NCBI GenBank assembly: GCA_951406725.2
Contig: OX597817.1
Span: 19,034,001 to 19,098,000, forward strand
Origin: Octopus vulgaris
Taxonomy: Eukaryota
Length of the DNA stretch: 64,000 nucleotides
Reading direction: 5' to 3'
Part shown: one piece after another, positions 1 to 12,606 of the stretch
How positions within the stretch are numbered: the first letter of the stretch is position 1
Layout of the letters: each line of letters begins with the position of its first letter
Notes under the pieces: model-generated
What the model saw: only the letters and a program-made list of their open reading frames with translations
What the model was told of the DNA's origin: nothing
Databases searched by the model: none
Position numbers and translations under genes: made by a program

Positions 1-1087
1 TTAGCTTGTATCTAGTACGATGAGAGACGCAGTTTTGTTTCTGCTCTTTTACCTTTTACGTTCAAATTTTGTCGAAGTCAACGTCAACTTCATTCTTTCG
101 AGGCTTGATAAAAGATTACCTATATCGACCATCTGCAAAAGGTGAGATAATATACATGTAAAATGCTGGAGACCGCAAGACTATTCAATCAATATTTTTC
201 TTCTCTTAGGCTGTTTCAGAGAGGTATTCTTCCTCAAAAGGCATTTGTTATTCTCCCATACAGTTCAACTGTAAACGCTGGAGTTTAACGTCTTCGTCAA
301 CCTTACGACGCTCTACAAAAACACAACTGATACGACAAATTTCCGATGAAAACTGTTCTGATACAGACAGGTAGCAAAGAAAGAAAGAAACCTAAACAAT
401 AGTTTGTCCACAGATGTATAATTACTACTTTCAATACAGTGATATGAAGACAAATAAACATACGCACACAGACACACAGTTACGCAAACATACACATACG
501 CACGTACTTATATATTTATTACCTTATTTTTTCTCAGTTTTATTGCTCTTTGCCTAAGATAAGTTATGTAATTTTAATGTTCGTATTAATCGGTGACTGG
601 TGACTACGTGTGAATACAATAACGTAGCTAAATAGAATCGCTGCCAGACACATTTATCTTGAAACAAAACATGATAAAATAATAAACGAAATCTTTATCG
701 GTCGAGGATATTTACATAAAAAAGTATGAAAACTTTCATCAGAAATGAATATACCATACAAATAATGATAATCATTATTTGTAAAGGTTCTTGATATATA
801 ACTGTCCTTAATAGACCTGAAAATAATGTATCTGTACTACATGTGTATTTTCCCTAACTGTTCATCCACGAGAGCGAGACTTCGACACCTTGTATTTATG
901 CTACACACTGAGTTCTTTGGATTAGCTAATTTAAGGAGATACATATTAAAATCTCTTAGAATATTTCAAGAAGAAAAACAGAGAGCAAAAGCGAAATAAT
1001 ATGCATATTATAAGAATATAAACAACGAGAAAACATCATGAAGTTTAATGTCAAAATATGAAGCTTTCAGCTTTATATATGTAAATA

Positions 1088-1460
1088 CGAGCAAAACGTC
1101 TCCCGTCCAATGGACGGTGTTGAGTTGTCAAACATTTAAACCAAACTTTTCTCAAAACAACTTGTCCGACCGTCCCATAGTCCTCCCCTTTGAGAAACAC
1201 TGGTTTAACCTAAATTTCAGACACCAGCAAAAGACGGATTTCAACTGATGTACTTGCGCATACAAATGCACGTTCCCACGGCTTTAACGATCGAATTCTC
1301 CCCTGAAATCGATTTTTGCAATTTTTTCAAGACTTATACACGCTACACGCCCTGATACCGTCGGTATCTACATATCAAATTTGAGCGCAATCGAACGGAG
1401 GATGCCCGAGATGCTAGAAGACACACAGTCAGACAGACAGAACGGATTTTATATAATAGA
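1088..1460 (-). mobile_element. Non-autonomous Helitron (Lep1-like architecture)
   Basis: The minus strand starts A|TCTATTATATAAAA, has a (CTGT)n tract near the 5' end and a subterminal hairpin CCGTCC-AAT-GGACGG (1103-1117). It ends CTCG|T (CTRR with one change) 11 nt after the hairpin. Insertion is between A and T, with no TSD. Confidence 0.7.
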
Positions 1461-1696
1461 TAATGGTCATAAAACTAGACTGCATCATGTTTATAAAATA
1501 CTGATTCACAAACTTCTTATAGATCATGTCTGAATAATTATTCTAAAGACTTATACCACAATTCAAAGTGAGATGTACTTAAGCCATAGAAAATGTAATA
1601 GTGGATAATTTGAATATGACGATAATGTAATGAAGAAAATTGTTAAAAAATGAAAATTGAAAGAGATTGTCGTGAAACATCGAAGCACACTGCCAT

Positions 1697-2120
1697 ATCA
1701 TCAACATCATCATCATCGTTTAACGTCCGCTTTCAATGCAAGCATGGGTTGGACGATTTTGACTGAGGGCTGGCGAACCAGATGGCTTCACCAGGCTCCA
1801 ATCTTGATCTGGCAGAGTTTCTACAGCTGGATGCCCTTCCTGACGCCAGCCACTCCGAGATGTAGTGGGTGATTTTTACGTGCCACTAGCACGGGGGCCA
1901 GTCAGGCGGTACTGACAATGACCTCGTTCGAATCTTTTTACACATGCTACCGGCACAGGTGCCAGTAAGGCGACGTTGGTAACGATCACGCTCGAATGGT
2001 GCCCTTTTACGTGCCACCGGCACGGAAGCCAGTTGGCTGCTCTGGCAACGATCAAGCTCGGATGGTGCTCTTCGCACCCTACTAGCACGGGCACTAGTGC
2101 CAGTAAGGCAACGCTGGTAA
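1697..2120 (-). mobile_element. 3' part of a SINE or RTE-related non-autonomous retroposon with (GAT)n tail
   Basis: The minus strand ends ...GGACGTTAAACGATGATGATG and contains the AGGAAGGGCATCCAGC motif typical of RTE-related bodies. It has internal imperfect repeats (TTTACGTGCCACCGGCACGG; GGTAACGATCACGCTCG). Confidence 0.6.
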
Positions 2121-2189
2121 TAATAAAATAGTAACATGTTGAGATACAAAGGAACTCCCAGTGGAGTGTATGAAGGACACGCTTTTGTC

Positions 2190-2570
2190 TTTTATCAGAA
2201 AAGAAACTCTTATCCTGGTTGATTCCGAAGAACAAACAAACCATATAGAGTCGTAGATTTAAGACATTTAACACTTCCGAAACTCTTACCAATTTCGACT
2301 TGCCAAGGAAAACTGTAACCTATATGGTTTGTGGCTGCAAAAATGCTGCCATAATACAGTTCTATTCAAACACCATTGAAATGTTTGACGAAAATATGAA
2401 GTTCAAAATTCTGCGAAGTAATCCAGCATGAAAGGGTTGTAAAACAACAAAGCAACAATTTTATCGGATTTTATCATCAAGTGGGACCAAATAATCGAAT
2501 GCAAAGGACCTAATATGGCGGATGGCGAAAGAGAAACAAATAAATGTTTATAACCGAGATTGCTATATTT
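2190..2570 (+). pseudogene. Old R4/Dong-like LINE C-terminal remnant (Zn-knuckle/RLE region)
   Basis: Frameshifted translation gives ETVTYMVCGCKNAA ... ILSDFIIKWDQIIECKGPNM...NKCL.TEIA. This matches the ETvxHivsgC / ILWDFxIQTD..RPD..IIDIA pattern. Confidence 0.5.
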
Positions 2571-3283
2571 AGAGGTCACAGTAACCCAAAGAAATATTTT
2601 TTAAAATGTTAATTTCTCGGATATTATCTCACATCTCTCAGGCGCTCAATAATCAGTTCGTAACAATTATCCATTGCAGCTTAAAATAATAAAAAAAAAT
2701 TAAAGCATGCATTAACACCATGCAAAATCTGCATTTGCTGAACCTTCTAAAAAGTACTGTTTGAAATTTTTATACCTCAGGGAAATATGCATCATTTTCG
2801 TTTTCTAATATGGAGCCAATGATCTAATACTAATGCAAATACAACATCAAAACCACCAAATGCACCACCAGCACAACACAAGCAGCAGTAGCACCACCAC
2901 CGGTACCACCACCACCATCTCTACTACTTCTATAACTACTACTACTGACTGACTGACTGACTAACTAATATTGATTTCGGGCAAAAAATTAGCTAGTGTT
3001 TTTGGAAGGGTTCATGCGTTATTTAAATTTATCCTAGAACGGTATAGATACATATTTTCTTGAGAATGGAGGAATATAAAAGAAAATTGCCGTTTCTAGC
3101 CTTGATCTCAATACGTAACTCATTACACCATCTCGGTTGCAATTAAAATAATCCCCAGTTTTAACTGAAACAAAAGGTGAAAGGTTCACTTGCGAGCTCT
3201 GTAGTCAACTTTGGCAAATTCGCATCTTCCCTCGTATTCATTTTCTTGGGCGTTGATACACACCTCTCCTTCTAAATCATAAC

Positions 3284-3560
3284 AACATCAAACGAGGCAT
3301 TTTTCAGGGTAACACCCTCTCCCAGTTACTCTTTTGCATGGCACTGATCCTACTCTCAAGCGAACTAAATAGCACCTAGTAAAGTTTACAATACGACAAT
3401 AAAGCATCTGTTTTATATGAACGATCTGAAGCTGTTCGCTAGAAATAACGAAGAGCTAGTAGGGCTGCCAATGATTGTTAAAGAATACAATAATGTAATC
3501 GGATTGACTTTGGCCTTGATAAATGTGCTAAAGCAATTTTTGTAATAGGCAAGCTCAGGC
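3284..3560 (+). pseudogene. R4/Dong-like reverse transcriptase fragment
   Basis: Translates NIKRGIFQGNTLSQLLFCMALILLS ... IKHLFYMNDLKLFARN ... FGLDKCAK, corresponding to the GIFQGDSLSPL, HLFYMDDLKL and FGLDKC motifs. Confidence 0.8.
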
Positions 3561-3575
3561 AAACATCTTCCATCT

Positions 3576-4202
3576 TCTGATTTTAACTGATTGTGTTATC
3601 ATGTGCATTGTTTTCACTTGGTATAAAAGGTGGGCTACAGCAAATATTCTGCCATACCCTGATGCAGCACCAGGCAGTGGCTCGCGTGGCTTCTGATCTT
3701 AACTGATTGGAAGTGTTATCATGTACATTGTAATGTCTTGGTATAAAAGATGGGCTACAGCAAATATTCTGCTCAATACCACAGATTTGCTTGTCAGTTG
3801 TTTGACCTTAACCAGTTGACCATGTCCCTTAGTGGCTGACGATATGTGCATCTCTGATCACGAGCAGAAATAGTGGGTAAGCATCATAGCCATGTATTGA
3901 GAGGGATTTGGGGAGGGTTTGAGTAATTAACTTCTGGAAACATGGGTGTTTCGTTCAACATCCTTAAATAACCATTATTCAGAGACCTTTTGAGCAGGAT
4001 GGGTTACTCGATCAAAAGAAAATTCTAACTAGGCCCCACCTGCAAGGTCATGGGCTGTTTATCTTGATATGAGATCACCATGTCGCGCACATATGGTTGT
4101 GATGCATGTGCCTAGTGTACCCTTATCATACGGGTAGTCATGATGGGTATACTAAGCTTTTACTCCTGTGTTACTTTGATGGCACGCACTGCTCTCCCAC
4201 TC
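3576..4202 (+). mobile_element. Family E: non-LTR retroposon 3' region with (AAT)n tail, copy 1
   Basis: Highly similar to 4307-4771 and 24337-24506 and followed by (AAT)n at 4203-4279. The first ~75 bp is a partial duplicate of 3692-3772. Confidence 0.75.
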
Positions 4203-4217
4203 AATAATAATAATAAC

Positions 4218-4280
<63 letters not shown>

Positions 4281-4780
4281 CTGTGGTACTGAGCAAAATA
4301 TTTGCTCTTGATATAAAAGATGGGCTACAGCAAACATTCTGTTCAATACCACAGATTTGCTTGTCAGTTGTTTTACCTTAACCAGTTGACCATGTTCTTT
4401 AGTGGCTGACGATATGTGAATCTCTGATCACGAGCAGAAGTAGTGAGTGAGCATCATAGCCATGTGTTGAGAGGGATTCTTTGGGGTTTGAATAATTCAC
4501 CTCTGGAAACATGGGTGTTTCGTTCAACATCCTTAAACAACCTTTATTGAGGGACCTTTTGAGCGTGATGGCTTACTCGAGCAAATAAAATTCCTAACTG
4601 GGCCCCACCTGCAAGGTCATGCGCTGTTTATCTTGATATGAGATCACCATGTCGCACATTTATGGTTTTGATGCATGTTCCTGGTCTACCCTTATCAGAC
4701 GGGTAGTCATTATGGGTATACTGGGCTTTTTCCCCAGTGTCACTTTGATGGCATGCACTGCTCTCTCAATCAATAATAAT
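4281..4780 (+). mobile_element. Family E, copy 2 (5'-truncated, in tandem with copy 1)
   Basis: Direct repeat of 3738-4202 that begins right after the (AAT)n tract and ends in AATAATAAT. Confidence 0.75.
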
Positions 4781-5232
4781 ATTTTTCTACCAGTAATTAC
4801 ACATAGAACAAGTTGAATTGCTTCTTTTCAAAGCAGCGCTCCCAGTATCCACTTCTAATAGCAAACACATTTAACCTCTCCTGACCTAAAGGGTGCGAAG
4901 AATCCTTTGTTTCTATGGCTGACATCCCGACCATCTGCCAGTCTATTTATAGACCTTTAGTATATGACCTCTTAACCAAATGCTACCCAACGTTTCCCTA
5001 AAACAATGGTGGTGGTGATGGCGATAATGATAAAATGAATAATAATAATAATGATATGCTGCTGCTGCTTATACTTAATACTACTAACACTACATTAACA
5101 CTAAAACTACTACTACTATGATAGCACAGAAATCTGAGTCCCAACTACCACCCTTACCACTATATCCACCCACGTTACTGTTGCTGTTGCTGCAACCACT
5201 ACTGCGATTACTCATAAAGACAATAATATCAG

Positions 5233-5317
<85 letters not shown>

Positions 5318-5354
5318 AATGATAATGATGATGATAATAATAATAATAATAATA

Positions 5355-5433
<79 letters not shown>

Positions 5434-5460
5434 GAAGAAGAAGAAGAAGAAGAAGAAGAA
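5233..5460. repeat. Compound trinucleotide microsatellite (ATG)n(ATA)n(AGA)n
   Basis: Read directly. It explains the poly-M/poly-I/poly-R ORFs. Confidence 0.95.
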
Positions 5461-5850
5461 AATATAAAGACCTATTCATTGAAATTGAGAAAATGTGGCA
5501 TCTCAAGGCGGTGACAATACCAGTGAACGTAGGAGAACTAGGAATGATCAAGAAGGGAACCGAAAATTATATGAGAATGACCCCTAGCTTACCATCCCTG
5601 CAAGAAGTGCAAAAGATTGTCTTAACTGGTACATCAAACATATTGAGAAGAGCATTGTCGATGTGAGAACTATTACTACCCATGTATTTTAATTTAACTT
5701 TTAAAAAAATGAACGAACTAATGAGTTTAGTTTAATGGCCTACCAATGTATACTATAGTTTCTTTGCCCTAGGAGTCGGGAAGACACTCGGGAATAAATG
5801 GAAGCAAATTTGAAAGAGGAAAAAAAATAATAATGTTAATAATAATAATG
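5460..5850 (+). mobile_element. 5'-truncated R4/Dong-like LINE 3' end (RLE C-terminus plus 3' UTR)
   Basis: Translates KYKDLFIEIEKMWHLKAVTIPVNVGELG...VQKIVLTGTSNILRRAL*, then a short UTR and AAT repeats. It is embedded in a microsatellite. Confidence 0.8.
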
Positions 5851-5854
5851 AAAG

Positions 5855-6815
5855 GTTACGTGTGGGGCCTCCTCCTCATTAGCTGATTAATGATACATCT
5901 AGTGATAGTGTCACAATAAAAACACTGGTAATGTCGTAACCTGATAATCGCTACCTCATATGAGTGGCAATGAAAAGACAAAATATTGTGAATAACGGTG
6001 GTAATGAAACTAAAGCCAATGATGGTGACAGCGTTACACCCGGTAGACGCAAAGATTCGGTCTGGCTCCAGTCTGTCGACATCCGGAAAGGGACCACCAC
6101 ACACGGCGTAGATGGAGCAAGCACATTAATGCTGTGGTCATGGAGTGTTATAACCTGAGCAACCCGGTAGATGAAAATGGTGCTGAAATTATGGGTTACC
6201 GAAAACGTATGTATGATCATTGGAGAGAAAAGTGGTTGTTTCAACTCACGGCACAGAGAGTATGCGATCAAGCAAGAGCAATAAGGAAAATTTGTTGGTT
6301 CACAGAAGTAGGGCTCGAAGCTATCAAAAGATGGGTCATGGAAAATAGTAGCAGAGATAACAATGAAAATACAGTTCTTACAAATAAGAGTAATCTCATA
6401 GCACAGGAAAGTATTGAGAAAGAAAACAAACTCAAGACATAATCTTGTGAAGGAAAACAAACTATGCTGGATCATAGACATAGCATGCCCAGCTGACAAC
6501 AAAGTATGCCATAAGGAAGAAATAAAAGTCGGGAGATATGAGAGGTTAGCTTGGGAAGTTTAGCAGTTGTGGTCGATGAAAAAGGTAGCAGTAGTACCAA
6601 TAATTGTCGGGGCCCTGGTAAAAGTGAGCAAAAATCTCGAGAAGTACGTGGAACAAATAGGGGCTGCAATAAGGGTGGCGCACTTGCAGAAAACAGCACT
6701 ACTTGGGACCGCTGGAATACTCTGGAAGGTGCTCGAAAAGTAGGCGTTACCTTAGTTCACTGGTACCGAACAGCTGACACTGTAGTACATCTCCGCCGTT
6801 AGAAGCTGTGCAAAG

Positions 6816-6847
<32 letters not shown>

Positions 6848-6855
6848 AACAACAA
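5855..6855 (+). mobile_element. Internally deleted R4/Dong-like element (N-terminus joined to RLE domain, no RT)
   Basis: N-terminal VMECY..GYRKRMYDHW..LTAQRVCDQARAIRK (6134-6330), then CWIIDIACPAD..RYERLAWEV*QLW..VVPIIVGAL..LQKTALLGTAGIL (6465-6743), a 3' UTR and a (CAA)n tail at 6816-6855. Confidence 0.8.
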
Positions 6856-6869
6856 TTTTTGTACAGTGC

Positions 6870-7060
6870 CATCAGAAGAGTGGGGAAAAGTTGATTACAT
6901 CGGCGTCAGTACTCGACTGATACTCCATTTTATCGACCCAGAAAGGAGGAAATGCAAAGTTGATCTGGAGGTATATGAACTCAGAACGTATGGAACTAGA
7001 ATGTTGTCGTGAAGCATTTAGTACAAGGTGCAAATGATTCCCTCTGCTGACTAACATTTG
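6870..7060 (-). mobile_element. Degenerate SINE family A copy
   Basis: TTTATCGACCCAGAAAGGAGGAAATGCAAAGTTGA..TGAACTCAGAACGTA is the reverse complement of the family A core. Confidence 0.6.
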
Positions 7061-8152
7061 TTTCAAATTTTGGCACCAGATTAGCAAATTTAGCGGTTGG
7101 TAAAGGCTTATTGCTATATATATATGTGCCAGCAGGGTTTCTGCTCTTGAGGTTCCTCTCACTACCCTGTATAGGGTTCAGCTATGAGATTTTTCCCTGT
7201 AATTCGAGGATATGAAGATTGTATGTTCATGCTCCTCTTAATTACATACCACCGAAACACCACTTACCAATTTTCTGTCCGAAAGTGACTTAGAGCCGGA
7301 GGGTTGTGTCGTCAAATATTGCTTCTGGTGGCGAGCGTTGTGTTTCTTCTTTTGAAATATTGTGGGACGAATTTTTAAGGATATACGTCTCTTAATATTT
7401 AAGCTTGCGCTTTCTCTCCGTCCTCTATTTCGGAAATCATGCAGTGGTGCCACATACGTTCCCTCTCTCCATTTAACTTAACGTGTCAGAAAAATAGCTT
7501 TATGATTGTTCCTTGGATGTGACAAGGAAAGATTCTTGGGTCTTGGCAAAGCAAAATTATGATAGTCGCCTCCTTTCGCACACCTCTGTAAAAGATTGTG
7601 TATGTATACTGTCTTTGTTTCTGTTAAACACTTTGTATAATACGATTTTTTCTAGAATGTTATTTTACCCTATTTTTTGTAATTTGAGCGCGCTTTGATA
7701 TTTGTTTTATATTCCTTTTTCCGTTTAGTATCTATTTAACTGTGTTCAATGTAATTTCTTCTGCAAACAATTTCCGTATAACAGGAAACCAATATTGATT
7801 TGAAGTTTTATGGTAAAATAAAAAATGGAATTATTTTTCAAAAACACGACCTAGTTGCATAACCCTTTCAAAATGTTCGCTATTAGTACCAGCGTAAAAT
7901 GAAATCAAAATAAAAATTCAGTTTCATTTTAAAACATTAAGCAATCTCGCAAGAAGTCTCACCTGAAAGAATAAAGCAACAAAAAAACAACAGTAGTAAT
8001 ATTATTTCCTATTTTAGGCACAAGACCAAGAATTTAGATGGTAAGAAATAAGTCGATATCATCGATAAAACAACTTAGAGAGTAATTTATTTCATCGACA
8101 GCGGGAGTGAAGAACGGCAGTATTAACCTCAGTGTGATTGGGCAACAGAATG

Positions 8153-8541
8153 AGGAATGGAAGCACTCCGTCGGTTACGACGATGAGGGTTCCGGTTGAT
8201 CCGAATCAACGGAACAGCCTGCTCGTGAAATTAACGTGAAAGTGGCTGAGCACTCCACAGACACTTGCACCCTTAACGTAGTTCTCGGGGATATTCAGCG
8301 TGACACAGAGAGTGACAAGGCCCGCCCTTTGAAATACAGGTACAACAGAAACAGGAAGTAAGAGTGAGAGACAGTTGTGGTGAAAGAGTACAGCAGGGAT
8401 CACCACCATCCCCTGCCAGAGCCTCGTGGAGCTTTAGGTGTTTTCGTTCAATAAACACTCACAACGCCCGGTCTGGGAATCGAAACCGCGATCTTATGAC
8501 CGCGAGTCCGCTGCCCTAACCACTGGGCCATTGCGCCTCCA
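8153..8541 (-). mobile_element. tRNA-derived SINE family B, full length with TSD
   Basis: Minus-strand head GTGGAGGCGCAATGGCCCAGTGGTTAGG (A box) and GTTTCGATTCC (B box). A 10-bp TSD CAACAGAATG lies at 8143-8152 and 8542-8551. It is nested in a decayed family A copy. Confidence 0.85.
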
Positions 8542-11500
8542 CAACAGAATGCAAATACCAGAACAAGTATCGCAAGGTATTTCCCGATATTTAAAGATTC
8601 TGACACCTCGCTACCTTACAGTTTCTGATTTAGGAACAAGCTATCACTTTTGAAGAGAGAGGTAGTAGTTGATGCCACTGACTTCAGTGCATGACTAGTC
8701 ATGTATTTTATCGGCCCATGATTGATGGACAACAAGTTGACTTCGGTGGGATGTGAACTCAGAACATAGTGAACAAGAAGAATATTCTTCCTTTTTCTCT
8801 TATGCTCTAACGATTCAGCCAGTTCACAGCCTTGATAGCAATTCCTTTCTAGTTTTGGCACAACGCCAGCAGTTTTAAGAGAACGTGTAATTAGATTAAT
8901 TGGTCCCCAGTATTTATCAAGTAATTTCTTCTGGCAACCTAGGGAGATGAAAAGTAAAATTGAGTTAAGAATGTAAAAATCAGAACAATTAGCGCTTTGT
9001 ATTTTTCTGTCACTTTACCGATTATTACTATCCTGTAATAATTCAATTAAAAATGAAAGTATTATGCGTTTCTCGCTTTATCAATTTAATATGAATTTCC
9101 TGAGTTTTGTTTCACAAAATATGACCCTGTAACAAATAGAAATCGTGTTAATGCTCACTGTTTGATTATGTTGGTTTCATTTCCCATCTGTTAACTCGCT
9201 AGCAGTAATATGTTTCTACGTTTCTTAAGAAGATGGAATAAAATATTTTACACATGAGTTTCTTTGTAGAAATCTCACCACTTCCTTAGGCCATGAAGGT
9301 GAATATATGTGGTGTAGAATTATGCAGCTTACTTTCGTTTTATTTCATCTTTAAAGATGTTATTTATATGTTACAGACTATAAATTGCTATCAGCTATCT
9401 CATTAGTTATCAATTGTTTATTAAATCTTTTACTCTTACTCATTCTCAGTTATATCTCATTTTATCTCGATCTCTTTCACTATATCCTTTCTGGTTACAT
9501 TTATTCTCCTATCTCTGTAGGAAAACTTTTTCTACTAACACAATTTCGGAAAAGAGTTGATTACGATAAAAGAAAAATATTTCAGTGTATTAATAACATA
9601 GTATGAATACAATCATTCATGTGTAGCATTTTATAGAAACTCTAGATACCAATTCGTCCACTAAGCTTATCAATCCGCCAAAAATTATCAATCGTTTTGT
9701 TAAGCCAATTTGTTTTGTGTTTCTATTTCTTCTTCAGTTTTCCCCATTAACTCCTATTTTCTATGTCCTAAAAATTAGAAAATAATCTGATAATTTCCCA
9801 GAATGTCCATGGTAACTAAACAGCTGTAATAAATATACAGAAATAGGCCAGACATCCGCATCGGCGAATAGAAAGTTTCTGTAAAATTTCTTTTGCAGCC
9901 GGTAATTTTCTTTCTCCGAGCAGACAGTGGTTTCCTGGAAATTACAATTCGTAAACGAATTTGAACTCTGACAACTACTTCCGAGTTAGAAAAAAATTTT
10001 TTTCTTAGGAGCTGAATCTGAAGAAAGACCTTATTGTGATGCGTTTCTACAGCTACAATAACTAAAAAAAGATATAAAAGATAAAATTGCTTTCGGTTAA
10101 CTGAATATACGAAAAGAATATTGAGTGTTAAATAGCTGGAAGGCGAAAGAAAATGTCTTTGAAAACAGAAATTACATTGATATGATAAATCACAATCAAA
10201 CACGATGTACGAGAAAATTAATGATGTCGCAGGATATAGCGGTTGAAATTCCACTTGAGTATACTTATAACAGCTATCTAGAAGTAATGGGAATGTAATC
10301 ATATATGTCAAATTGATCCAGAAAACTGAAAGCTTTTCATTGTCATTCCATTACAAGATAGGGTTTTACTGACACGAATGTTGCTTTATAGGAAATGTCT
10401 ATAGAAGAATATGTAGCTGATGTAGCAAATTTCAAGCTGAAATTATCAGTCCGCTTTACATTTTCATATCTCGGAGAAAAAAATATGAGACGTTTCTATA
10501 GAAAATAAAACATTTAAAAATGTAGTTTTGGGCCAAGTTTGATACTCTGAATAGTTCGCTTATGTGAAGAATATTTCAGAAAAATATCTTATTGATAATT
10601 CGTACTATCCACTATCATGTACCAGCTATAAGCGCCATTATCACTCCCTCTTAATGCATAGATATGAAACGCAAGGAAAAACTGAAAGATCTATAACATT
10701 ATTCTTCTTGTAACCATTATGTCCATGTATGCTTCAAAAAGTAATTTCATAAATTCCGTTTCAAAAAGAATAAAAAGTAAAAATGGTTTCCTTTGCCAAA
10801 AGAGAGCGACTGTTTTCTTTAAGAAAAACAATGTGTTCTTGGGCAGAGTGAACGGGTCATAAATTGTTTAATATAAAGGAACGTTTCGTATATTGTTTAA
10901 TAATACGGAGCTAATATATTTAAATAATTGTTCATGGCCTTTCATTGTTTATTGCGAAGGATAAACAGCGCTTTCCATAATTATTCAATTCATTATTATT
11001 AATGGCCCAGCAGCATATAAATTCGATTAAATGAGAGATTATTTGTGTGCTATGAGCACTAATGTCACGTATAGTTCTTCCCTTTGCACAATTCAACATG
11101 CTTTCATGACGGTGCTTCGTATCTATTCAGTGCTATATTGGTCACTATTTATCACATTACTTTATCATTTTATTTTATAAAAACACCCGTTCCTTGATAA
11201 TTTCATTTCCTAGAGAAACACATTTTTGATCTAGGAAAACCGTTTCAGTTTCATTAATGAAAGGTCAGAAGTAATTATTATTTTCTAAAGCCCATACGTT
11301 GAACGACATAAAATATGTTTGTTAGAGTTTTAAGAACGATATTAAATAGTTCCTTGTCAATATGATTTACATGTGAAACTAAGACGTCACTTCAGGTTGT
11401 ACAATGTTCCGTACAAGTAATCAAATTGCTTCTGTGTTTACTGGTGGAAATATAGACAATGGTGTGAAAAAATACAATTCACTATTGACAAGTCTTTCAT

Positions 11501-11621
11501 ATTTATCTAATTTAATTCAACAGGTAACCTTATTATATTTCTCAAGAATTAGCTTGGAAGTCATAATCATATCTACTACACTAAATGCAAATGAACAGGC
11601 GTTCGATATAAGCTGACTCTG

Positions 11622-11840
11622 AAGGCGGCGAGCTGGCAGAAACGTTAGCACGCCGGGCGAAATGTTTTGCAGTATTTCGTCCGCCACTTCGTTCTGAGTT
11701 CAAATTCCGCCGAGGTCGACTTTGCCTTTCATCCTTTCGGGGTCGATAAATTAAGTACCAGTTACGCACTGGGGTCAATGTAATCGACTTAATCAGTTTG
11801 TCTGTTCTGTGTTTAGCCCCTTGTGGGTAGTAAAGAAATA
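11622..11840 (+). mobile_element. tRNA-derived SINE family A (octopus OK/OR-like), monomer with 17-bp TSD
   Basis: Head GGCGGCGAGCTGGCAGAAACGTTAG, B box GAGTTCAAATTCC, core GTCGACTTTGCCTTTCATCCTTTCGGGGTCGATAAA. Perfect TSD GATATAAGCTGACTCTG at 11605-11621 and 11841-11857. Confidence 0.9.
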
Positions 11841-12351
11841 GATATAAGCTGACTCTGCAAGAGTTTGCCTTTTATTCCCTTGCATAGAGAAGAGGCATCC
11901 GTGTCATTCCCAGATCCGGAAGCTTCCTCAAAAACATTTCGTTGGGGCCTACGCCAGCCTTGGTTTGTGTTACTTACAGCTAATATGAATCTATCGTAGC
12001 TACAGTTTGAAAAGTACAATTGACTGATGTATCACCTAGCTGCCAGAGAAAACTAGAATTTATTATATTGTTACTAACACGATAAATTAACTAAATTTCA
12101 GTTTTATCAATAATCACAACTTGTTATCTAACTCACTGTCAAGATTTTAGGTTCCGAAAATATACAAATTTAAGCATCAAAAATAAAAAAAGAAATTATG
12201 AAACGCCTCGCCAATCCTAAATATTTCTATGATTTGTCGGTAGTCGGTCAAATCATTGTTGCTTATAGGAGTGGCAGGCAGTATGGATTGAAATATAAGC
12301 AGACAAATGTCAAGTCTAATAAATTTAAAATCGTTTTAATCTTTTAAAACT

Positions 12352-12604
12352 TCATTATTTACATTATTTACATTTATATTTGACGGACATTTGCCTTCAT
12401 CATGTTTGTTGTTAACAAACGTTTCGGCTGATACACCCTCCAGTCTTCATCAGGTGTCTTGGCGAAATTTTGAACTTGGGTTCTCATTCCTAAGGTATTT
12501 TTGGTGTTGTTGTTATTATTATTATTATTAAGGTCACTGCCTGGAATCGATCTCGGTATCTTGGGGTTAGTAGCTCGCACTCTTAACCATTACAAAATAT
12601 GCCC
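12352..12604 (-). mobile_element. Family H: tRNA-headed SINE with hammerhead-containing tail, copy 1
   Basis: The minus strand reads GGGCATAT..TAATGGTTAAGAGTGCGAGCTACTAACCCCAAG..GATCGATTCC, then (AAT)n, then GACAC-CTGATGA-A-GACTG..CAGCC-GAAAC-GTT. Homologous to 24207-24767. Confidence 0.8.
12414..12458 (-). ncRNA. Minimal type-I hammerhead ribozyme motif
   Basis: CUGAUGA and GAAA cores are intact. Stem II GACUG/CAGCC has one mismatch, stem III is the palindromic ACGU, and stem I has a 1-nt deletion. Confidence 0.55.
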
Positions 12605-12606
12605 AA

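Noticed and set aside
5118-5666. 182-aa ORF with poly-M/I/R as a host gene
   Set aside because: It is a microsatellite translation fused to a LINE C-terminal remnant.
9775-10311. 178-aa minus-strand ORF
   Set aside because: Non-ATG start, composition typical of AT-rich noncoding DNA and no recognisable motif.
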